Virus record (IMG/VR): IMGVR_UViG_3300027186_000018
Coordinates: 1 to 28,749 of that record
Reading direction: 5' to 3' (one strand)
Origin: a virus
Taxonomy: Duplodnaviria; Caudoviricetes
Length of the DNA: 28,749 bases
This document shows, piece by piece, positions 8,888-16,600 of this stretch. Positions within the stretch are counted from its first letter, which is position 1; the number at the start of each line of letters is the position of its first letter. Under the pieces are notes generated by a model. The model did no database searches. It was not told the DNA's origin and saw nothing but the letters and a program-made list of their open reading frames with translations. Position numbers and translations under genes: made by a program.

Positions 8888-9315
8888 AAAGAAAGCCTAG
8901 AGCAAAGCGACCTATAGAGAAAGACAAGCCTAGTGGCTATGATTCTAAGTGGGAAAAGACTTTACATGATACGCTCCTACAAGATTGGGTACACCATGAT
9001 GGTAAGGTTCCTTATGTAATAGAACATAACTATCATCCCGACTTTACAAAGCGTATCGGTAGGAAGAAGATTATCATTGAGGCTAAGGGTAGGTTCTGGG
9101 ATTACGCAGAGTTCACCAAGTATATCTGGATTCAAAAAGCTTTACCTAGTACAACTGAATTGGTATTCTTGTTTGCTAACGCCTCCTCTCCTATGCCTCA
9201 AGCTAAGAGAAGGAAGGATGGTACTAAGCGTACCCACGGTGAGTGGGCCTCTGACAACGGCTTCAGGTGGTTTACTGTTGACACGCTGCCTGACGAATGG
9301 AGAAGTGAAGAATGA
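8884..9315 (+). CDS. endonuclease I / Holliday-junction resolvase (T7 gp3-like)
   Basis: YDSKWE, YHPDF, IIEAKGRF, LVFLF and WASDNGF motifs. Confidence 0.88.
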   Translation: MKRKPRAKRPIEKDKPSGYDSKWEKTLHDTLLQDWVHHDGKVPYVIEHNYHPDFTKRIGRKKIIIEAKGRFWDYAEFTKYIWIQKALPSTTELVFLFANASSPMPQAKRRKDGTKRTHGEWASDNGFRWFTVDTLPDEWRSEE

Positions 9316-9578
9316 AACAGAATACTAAAAAGAAACTTAATGACGTTACTCCCGAAGAGTGGGATAATGTGTCTAGACCAGCTCACTACAACAGTGGAGA
9401 CATTGAGTGCATCGACGGAATAGAAGCCATGCTAACAAGAGACGAGTTTATAGGTTACTTACGAGGAAACAGCATGAAGTACCGCTGGAGGTTCCCGTAC
9501 AAAAACGGGACGGAGGATCTAAAAAAAGCAGAGTGGTACGAGAAGAGACTACTAAGGATTCTGGAGAGTAATGGATAA
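9312..9578 (+). CDS. DUF3310 protein (T7 gp1.7-like)
   Basis: DNV.RPAHY...IECID...GYLRGN.MKY.WR...KNG.EDLKKAEWY signature. Confidence 0.88.
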   Translation: MKQNTKKKLNDVTPEEWDNVSRPAHYNSGDIECIDGIEAMLTRDEFIGYLRGNSMKYRWRFPYKNGTEDLKKAEWYEKRLLRILESNG

Positions 9579-9753
9579 GAACTATGTAGACAGGAAGACT
9601 GAGCGTAGGGATAAGTACGATAAGAAACGCAAAGGAAAAGTCACTAAAGATCATAAAAACTTTAAGAGTATTAAGCTCGCAGAAATAAAAAAACTTGAAG
9701 ACACAGAGGATTTAAAGAATGGATCAATACCAACAATACATACACAAGAGTAG
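9571..9753 (+). CDS. hypothetical Lys/Arg-rich protein
   Basis: 60-aa ORF, GGAG RBS, overlaps both neighbours. Confidence 0.6.
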   Translation: MDKNYVDRKTERRDKYDKKRKGKVTKDHKNFKSIKLAEIKKLEDTEDLKNGSIPTIHTQE

Positions 9754-11590
9754 ATACGCACGGTACATGGATGAAGAGCAGCGTCGAGAAGAGTGGGGAG
9801 AAACAATTAATCGTTACCTTGCTTTCTTTGTAGAGCGCAACCAGCTAGGAGCTTCTGAAGCTGAAGATCTTTTTAATTCTATTGAAGCTCAAGAAGTAAT
9901 GCCCTCTATGCGTTGTCTTATGACAGCAGGGCCAGCCTTACACCGTGACAATGTTGCAGGGTTTAACTGCTCTTACCTACCCATCGACAGCCCTCGCTCT
10001 TTTGACGAGCTTATGTACATTTTGTTATGTGGTACAGGCGTAGGGTTCAGCGTAGAGCGGGACTATGTAAGCAAGTTACCAGAGGTAGCAGACAGCTTCC
10101 ACGAAACTGAGTCTACGGTTGTTGTGTCTGACAGTAAGGTAGGCTGGGCAAGTGCCTTCAGAGAGCTTATCAGCCTCCTGTACGCTGGTAAGATCCCTAA
10201 GTGTGACTTGACTAGGGTACGTCCTGCTGGAGCTAGACTGAAGACCTTTGGCGGCAGAGCCAGCGGCCCACAGCCTTTAGCAGACCTATTTAATTTTACT
10301 GTTGATCTGTTTAAAGCTGCTACAGGCCGCAAGCTAACGTCACTAGAGTGTCATGACTTAGTGTGTAAGATTGCTGACATCGTTGTTGTAGGTGGTGTAA
10401 GACGCTCTGCTTTGATCTCACTGAGTAATGTAACTGATAACCGCATGGCTAACGCTAAGAACGGTGAGTGGTACTTGGGTAACGGTCAACGTGCATTGGC
10501 TAACAACAGTGCTGTGTACTCTGAGAAGCCTGACTTTGATACTTACTCCTCTGAGATGAAGCGCCTGTATGATTCTAAGTCTGGTGAACGTGGTATCTTC
10601 AGCCGTATTGCAGCTCAGAAAGTAGCAGCACGTAACGAACGAAGAGACGCTACATACAAGTTCGGTACTAACCCATGCAGCGAGATCATCCTTAGACCTT
10701 ATCAGTTCTGCAACCTATCAGAGGTTATCGTTAGACCAGACGATACAGAGGATACCCTTGTAGAAAAGGTAAGGGTTGCTACAATCTTAGGAACGCTTCA
10801 ATCCACCATGACTGACTTCCGTTACCTACGTAACATCTGGAAAAAGAACACAGAGGAAGAAGCTCTTCTAGGGGTGTCTATGACCGGCATCATGGATTGT
10901 AATCTTACTAACGGATCAACAGGTGAAGAGGCTTTAGGCAAGCTCCTACGAAGGCTCAGAGACGTTGCTGTGTTTGTTAACGGGGAGTGGGCAAAGAAGC
11001 TAGGAGTTAATCCATCAGTTGCTATCACTTGTGTTAAGCCTTCAGGGACTGTTTCACAGTTAACTGACAGTGCCAGTGGTATTCATCCACGCTTCAGTGA
11101 GTATTATATTAGAACTGTAAGAGCTGATAAGAAAGATCCTCTTGCTACAGCAATGATTGACAAGGGCTTTCCTCACGAAGAAGACGTAATGAATAACTCT
11201 AACTGGGTATTCAGCTTTCCTCAAAAGGCTCCTAACAAAGCGATAACAGTAGAAAGCATGGGCGCTATGGAGCAGTTAAAGCTTTGGAAGATCTATCAAG
11301 ATAACTGGTGCGAGCATAAGCCCTCTATGACTTGCTACTATAACGACAACAACTTCTATGCTGTGTGTCAGTGGATCTGGGAAAACTTTGATAGCGTCAG
11401 CGGCATTAGCTTTCTTCCTGAAGCAGAGCACGTATATAAGCAAGCTCCGTACCAGAAGATAGATAAGGATACGTATCAAAAGCTTTTAAAAGAAATGCCT
11501 AAAGATATGGAGTGGGATATTGAAGAGCTAGATGATAACACTGAAGGCGCTCAGACACTTGCTTGTGTTGCAGGAGTGTGTGAGATATGA
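9719..11590 (+). CDS. nrdJ: ribonucleotide reductase, probably class II (adenosylcobalamin-dependent)
   Basis: PSMR, FNCSY, GGVRRSA, TNPCSEI, CNLSE, TCVKPSGTVS and C-terminal CVAGVCEI. No beta-subunit gene is adjacent. Confidence 0.88.
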   Translation: MDQYQQYIHKSRYARYMDEEQRREEWGETINRYLAFFVERNQLGASEAEDLFNSIEAQEVMPSMRCLMTAGPALHRDNVAGFNCSYLPIDSPRSFDELMYILLCGTGVGFSVERDYVSKLPEVADSFHETESTVVVSDSKVGWASAFRELISLLYAGKIPKCDLTRVRPAGARLKTFGGRASGPQPLADLFNFTVDLFKAATGRKLTSLECHDLVCKIADIVVVGGVRRSALISLSNVTDNRMANAKNGEWYLGNGQRALANNSAVYSEKPDFDTYSSEMKRLYDSKSGERGIFSRIAAQKVAARNERRDATYKFGTNPCSEIILRPYQFCNLSEVIVRPDDTEDTLVEKVRVATILGTLQSTMTDFRYLRNIWKKNTEEEALLGVSMTGIMDCNLTNGSTGEEALGKLLRRLRDVAVFVNGEWAKKLGVNPSVAITCVKPSGTVSQLTDSASGIHPRFSEYYIRTVRADKKDPLATAMIDKGFPHEEDVMNNSNWVFSFPQKAPNKAITVESMGAMEQLKLWKIYQDNWCEHKPSMTCYYNDNNFYAVCQWIWENFDSVSGISFLPEAEHVYKQAPYQKIDKDTYQKLLKEMPKDMEWDIEELDDNTEGAQTLACVAGVCEI

Positions 11591-11787
11591 GAGGCAATCT
11601 TATTTCCTTTCAGGTTTATTTTGACTCCAAGGGTAACTTAATGACTGAGCTTAGTCAGTTACCTTTGGAGGGCTTGTCCCTTTTTAACGAGGCGGATAGG
11701 CCTTATGTCAAAAAGATTTTAAACGAGGCTGGCCTAAAGCTAGAAGGTCTACATGAATACTTACAGAAAGAACTACAGGCGTTATGA
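11587..11787 (+). CDS. hypothetical protein
   Basis: 66-aa ORF with ATGA overlap. Confidence 0.7.
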   Translation: MRGNLISFQVYFDSKGNLMTELSQLPLEGLSLFNEADRPYVKKILNEAGLKLEGLHEYLQKELQAL

Positions 11788-11788
11788 C

Positions 11789-11998
11789 ATGGAAGAATTA
11801 TTCTTTACACCCGAAACAAGACTAGCTATGACTCTGCGTGTCAATTCAGAGATTGTCGCAGCCTTAGCCAGCGTTGAGTTGATGGAAGAGAACATTGAGA
11901 TTATTACAACCCTTCTACATCAGCACTCATCTTTTGTATTAGCAGTATCTCAGAAAGCAGTACAAGCAGAGCGCCTAGATGTGAAGGTGGTTAAGTAA
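11789..11998 (+). CDS. hypothetical protein, last gene of the + arm
   Basis: ATG 11789 (MEELFFTPE) directly follows the upstream stop; 11753 is an alternative start. Confidence 0.6.
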   Translation: MEELFFTPETRLAMTLRVNSEIVAALASVELMEENIEIITTLLHQHSSFVLAVSQKAVQAERLDVKVVK

Positions 11999-12000
11999 TC

Positions 12001-12255
12001 TTACTTCCTAGACTTAGCTCCTGAACACTTCCAACGCTTACGTGACAAGTTGTTGGGAGTATTAGGATCATTTTGCTTTGCTTTAGATAAACGCTTCTTA
12101 ATACCTAAGCTCCTCGCACAGTAGCTATCTCCTTTAGAAGTTCCCGGCTTGACTCTAGCTCCACCACCTTTAGCTTTACCAGCCTGTCCATAGCTAACCT
12201 TCTTGCCACTAGCAGTTACCTTTACTTTCGCCTTTCCTTTTCTAGGACTTGCCAT
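12001..12255 (-). CDS. small, very basic protein (KVSYGQ...SYCARS...RKRWKC)
   Basis: 84-aa ORF, GAGGAG RBS, very Lys/Gly-rich. Confidence 0.75.
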   Translation of the reverse strand: MASPRKGKAKVKVTASGKKVSYGQAGKAKGGGARVKPGTSKGDSYCARSLGIKKRLSKAKQNDPNTPNNLSRKRWKCSGAKSRK

Positions 12256-12331
12256 TTAGAATCTCCTCTTCTTTCTTAGTCATCCAAGACAGTATAAATA
12301 ATAAAAATGTTACACCGATAAAGCGCATCAT
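12242..12331 (-). CDS. possible 29-aa membrane peptide (MMRFIGVTFLLFILSWMTKKEEEILNGKS), not in the ORF track
   Basis: ATGA overlap with the upstream stop, one hydrophobic segment, bridges the gap. Confidence 0.45.
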   Translation of the reverse strand: MMRFIGVTFLLFILSWMTKKEEEILNGKS

Positions 12332-12573
12332 ACCCTTCTATGCTTTTTAGTTTTCTTTGCAATCTTCTTAGGCTGTGGACTGTGCTGCTTACCAGCCTTA
12401 GTATCCTTACGTTTCTTCGCGCTTGTTTTTGAATACTCAGAAGAGCTTAAAGATGCTATAGCCTTCTTAGGAAGATACCGCTCACCTGTTTCGCTAGACT
12501 TCTTACCAGACTTAGTACCCCAGTCTTGAGCTGTCCAAGCTTTTAAAGACTTTTGTGGTTTCTTAATAGCCAT
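12328..12573 (-). CDS. small basic protein, DUF5872-like C-terminal half
   Basis: QKSLKAWTAQDWGTKSG...ERYLPKKA...KAGKQ motif. Confidence 0.7.
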   Translation of the reverse strand: MAIKKPQKSLKAWTAQDWGTKSGKKSSETGERYLPKKAIASLSSSEYSKTSAKKRKDTKAGKQHSPQPKKIAKKTKKHRRV

Positions 12574-12752
12574 TACTTATACCCTCCACCTTTAGCTTTA
12601 TATTGTTTAGCTAACATCTGAGCCTTACGTGCTGACCACTGACCGGCTTTACCGCCTTTAGTTCCAGCTTTTATCTTGTTAAAAAGATTCTTACGCATGG
12701 TTGGTTTAGTATAATTACCTGCCGAATTAACTGTAGATTTCTTCTTTGCCAT
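12573..12752 (-). CDS. small basic protein (NYTKP...GGKAGQWSARKAQMLAKQYKAKGGGY)
   Basis: Start placed at 12752 (MAKKKS) from the AAGGA RBS and TAATG overlap; also TAATG-coupled to the next gene. Confidence 0.75.
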   Translation of the reverse strand: MAKKKSTVNSAGNYTKPTMRKNLFNKIKAGTKGGKAGQWSARKAQMLAKQYKAKGGGYK

Positions 12753-12907
12753 TAGCCGTCCTTCTTGTTCCATAATTCAAATAAGACTTTTATCTTTTCT
12801 TTGATAGTCTCAATGTCTCCGTGCATTTTAGCCAGCACAATAACAAGGGTAATAAAACCCATGAACATCGGCCAAGTAGAATTTAAAAATTCCATAGTAG
12901 TCATCAT
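12752..12907 (-). CDS. small membrane protein, 51 aa (TM helix plus short coiled coil), not in the ORF track
   Basis: MMTTMEFLNSTWPMFMGFITLVIVLAKMHGDIETIKEKIKVLFELWNKKDG, with ATGA and TAATG overlaps at its ends. Confidence 0.7.
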   Translation of the reverse strand: MMTTMEFLNSTWPMFMGFITLVIVLAKMHGDIETIKEKIKVLFELWNKKDG

Positions 12908-13308
12908 TTATCCCTGTGTACATTGTTTTTCTTTTCGTAGGTTCTCATTGCACCTAGACCAAGCATACCCATTAGCACAGGCATCATGGTTTCCAAAGGA
13001 ACTAAAGGTATAACTATGTCTAACTCAAGTAGCGCCAAAACAAAGTTACTAAACGGGATGGTAATAAAGTTACCAAACATACCTAAGCCACATGTCCAGC
13101 CGATAAACGGCCTCCAACCACTTACCATCAGGTTAGAGTTGGCCGCTTCGACCTCATTGATAGCCATCTGTCCTTTAGCAATCTCTAAGGCGTGGTTCTC
13201 AGCCATTGTAGCGACTTCATGCGCCAACGCAGCCTTCTGATCTTTGTCTTCTATGAACTTGTCTAGCAACCCCGTAACAGGCCCTATGAGAGCGTTCAAG
13301 ATAGCCAT
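12904..13308 (-). CDS. holin (3-TM, GTA-type holin family)
   Basis: GWRPFIGW and LMGMLGLGAMRTYEK motifs, hydrophobic segments, adjacent to the endolysin. Confidence 0.85.
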   Translation of the reverse strand: MAILNALIGPVTGLLDKFIEDKDQKAALAHEVATMAENHALEIAKGQMAINEVEAANSNLMVSGWRPFIGWTCGLGMFGNFITIPFSNFVLALLELDIVIPLVPLETMMPVLMGMLGLGAMRTYEKKNNVHRDK

Positions 13309-13677
13309 CTAGTAACTCCATACCCAAGGTCTAGGGCGGTTCTCAGCCCACTCAAGGTCGTCAAGGTGGATGAATCTGTTAGGGCCTTTCTGATTAACAC
13401 CTATACCTGTCATGCCCATGCTTAGTGCAGCTTCTAAAAGCCTGTGAGCCTGATTACCACCAACAGCAATATCTATGGCGTGTCCAGATTCATGCGCTCC
13501 GGGTGTCTTCTTCTTGCGCTCTATAACGTGGTCTTTACAGCGGTAAGCAGATGTAACAGTAAAAGGAAACCCTAGCTCATGGCGTAAGGCTTCTACCTTA
13601 ACCATAAACTCTTCGTCCATTCCCTGCTCGCCACAGTGTTGACATTTAAGCTCATCCATGCTAAAATATTTATACAT
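13309..13677 (-). CDS. endolysin, peptidase M15A family Zn peptidase
   Basis: YF...EL.CQHCG, VTSAYRC, H..GHAIDI and FIHLD Zn-ligand pattern. Confidence 0.9.
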   Translation of the reverse strand: MYKYFSMDELKCQHCGEQGMDEEFMVKVEALRHELGFPFTVTSAYRCKDHVIERKKKTPGAHESGHAIDIAVGGNQAHRLLEAALSMGMTGIGVNQKGPNRFIHLDDLEWAENRPRPWVWSY

Positions 13678-16600
13678 TATTTAACTTGCTCCTTAAAGAG
13701 TTTAAGACTTTACCACCTTTATTATTTCTGTTTCTTATTTTAGTTATTACTACAGAAACTCCGCTTATCCCTTGTTTATTTGGAACAGTTGAAACTTCAA
13801 AAGAATCTCCTAATACATCGGTAACGTACTTACTAAGCTCTTCCTTAGTAAAGCCTTTCTGATAAGATCCTGTAGATGTGGTAAAAGCCAAAGGTTCTTC
13901 TTTTACTGTCGTAGCTTTTTTAGAGGCCATACCCGCTTTAGCAGCACCAGCATCCCATGTCTGTATTAAAGCCTTGCCCCCAACCTTCAAAGCGTTTCCT
14001 ATATTAAAAACAGCTTCTTCTCTTAAACTAGGAGGGAGAACATTAATAACATTAGTACTAATAATTTTACCGTATTTATTTTTAGGAATCTCACTAGGAG
14101 ACATAAACGTAGGATTAAACTCTTGTTCTGGAAAAGGTTCAAAAGTATCATCTATTTTATTAGCTTTTGCATTTAATCCTTTACCTGCTCCGTAATCTAA
14201 AGACCTTCCTTTAACTCCTAACGAGTCTAAGTAAGAAGAAGCTTTTGTAGCTGTTCCAACAGTGTTAGCTCTTTGTGTTGTTTTAGAAGCACTGTTAGCT
14301 TTTAAAGCCGCATCTAAATCGTCTCCGCTTTTCTCAACAACATAAGAAGGTGCTTCCTCTCCGTCTTGTAAAGCTTTAGAAAGTTTATCACCTTCTTCAA
14401 TAAGCTCGTCAGTATTTTTTAAAGGAAGCTCTTCTACTACTTCATCATCAAATAATCTTAAAGCTTTTGTTCCAAGTCTGGTAACAAGACTGCCAGCACC
14501 AAAGCCCATACGCTGTAAGGGGTCTTGTTGTACTGAGCCACCTGCTCCAAAGCCCATACGTTGTAATGGATCTTGCCTGTCCTCCTGATCTGTAAAAGCT
14601 ATACCAGCCTGTTGATCGTAAGGCATACCTGTCATCTTATCGATGCGTTGATCAGGCTCAGGAGGGGCGTTAGGAACGTCTAAGACCTCTCCGCCTTTGT
14701 TATAGTCTGGACGATCCTCTAATATAGGAGAGCCTGTAATTCGTTTAGAGTAGCCTATAACCTCTCTACCAAAAGGAAGTTTTTCTGCTACGTTTTTAGC
14801 CGCCCCTTCAAAATCACCTTCCTTAATATTATTATAAGATCTTGTAAGACTATCTAAAAACCCATCAGCATAACTTAAAGAAGGAGAAATATTAGAAGAA
14901 ATAAGCCTGTTACTTGGGGAGCCTAAAGCTCCTACAAGCTTGTCAACATGCCAAGGAAGTATGTTACCACTAAGCTTTAAAGACTCTTTAATATGTTTTG
15001 TATCAAGAGCTTCGTGAGATTCTGCATCGCGTCTTTCGTAAGGAGAAGCCCACTCTCGAAGAGACTGAACACCCATATAAACACTACCAAGACCCAAAGC
15101 TCTTACAGCTAAAGCACCATCTCCATTTTCTACCCGCCCTACTAAAGCATTCGTCTGAGCTGTTTTAGCTTGTGACCATGACAGAAACTGTCCTAATGAT
15201 TTAATGTAAGGATTACCTGACTGAGTAAAAAACAACCTATTGCCGTACATAGGTACAATAGCATCTCTGTCAGCCGCTCTTCTTCCAGCCATGTTTAAAA
15301 CTTTCTGAGCGTCATCAGCGTCAAAAGCTTTAGTCACATCTTCATACTTAGACAACATCTTCAACTCATCTAAAGACTGTATTCCTAGTTCGCTCATTTC
15401 TTTTTGAACAGAAGAACTAATCTTGTTTCCTTTTCCTGCTACTTCTTTAGATAAATCAAAAGCTCTTCTTACTCCTACGTCATAAGCAAAGCCTCTAGCT
15501 ACTCTTGTAATTCTTGGAAGCTGTACAATATTAAAAAACTTTCTATTCCACGTATCTAAAGCGCCTTGAACAGAATCAAAAGGATCAGTACCATGAGCCA
15601 TCATTGCCGAATATTCTCTTTCAAAAGACTTATCGTACTTAAAACCAGACTTAGAAGAGAAGGATTCTCCCGGCTGTACTCTAGACATAATGCTTTTAAT
15701 TGCTGGCATAACACCACTGTTTTGTATAGGCTGAACAAGATCACCCAGAGCTGAGATACTTACTCTAGTCAACATTGTAGTATTAGCCAAGGTTGTAACT
15801 AAAGCCATGCCTGTAACACCCATACTATTTGAGTTAGGAACAGCTCCGTGAACGCCCCAAAAAATCTCAGCCATGCCTTTTAAGTTCTTTATATAGGTAG
15901 CCTCAAACTTAGCAGAGTCTCCTGTAGCATTCTTAAAAGCTCTTGTAGTGTCATCTAAAGCCCTGTTAAAAAGCTCTCCATTCGCACCTATTGTATTAGC
16001 CCACGAACGCATCTTAATAGCTCTGTCTGCGTACTGCATAGAGATAGCAGTAGAGTCTAAATTAAGCCAGCCTTTCTCAGCCATAAAAGAAGTAGCTTCT
16101 ACATCAGTAAGAACCCTGTGCTTTTCAAAGTTACTGGCAAGCGGTCTAAATCTTCCGTCAGGCCCAAAAATACTTAAACTTTCATAAGTGTTTTTAGCAC
16201 CCTGTGCTCTAGGAACTCCCCTAATGTTATCTACAAATCTGGAAGCAGCCTTATCAATAGCATCATCAGTAGGCATTGTTTTTCTTAAACCCGCTGATAC
16301 TTTGTTTTTAGCTTGAATTTCTAAAGCAGTTCTAACATCTTTAAGAAAAGACTTTTCTCCCCCTTTACGAATAAACTTAAAATCCCAAAGCTGTGCTAAT
16401 CCATAATTCTCAATATCAGTAAACTCTATTCCCGCCTCACGCATCGTACCTTTTAGTTTACCGTTTGCTTGAGCAACAAGAGGAACAATTCTTTTAACTT
16501 CAGAAACATCTTCCGCAGTGAGTCCATTGTTTTTAAAAAGTCCACTGATTCCAGCATAGCCTTCCTCAATTTCATCGATACCTCTCCAGCCTCTTAGTAC

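Noticed and set aside
1575-11479. Minus-strand and alternate-frame ORFs within the + arm (e.g. 1575-1775, 3876-4196, 6367-6654, 9077-9328, 10063-10332)
   Set aside because: They overlap well-supported genes and show no recognisable motifs, so they are treated as shadow ORFs.
5145-11590. Intein, intron or DnaJ-type insertion in polA or nrdJ
   Set aside because: Both ORFs are continuous and of normal length, with no splicing motifs or CxxCxGxG repeats.
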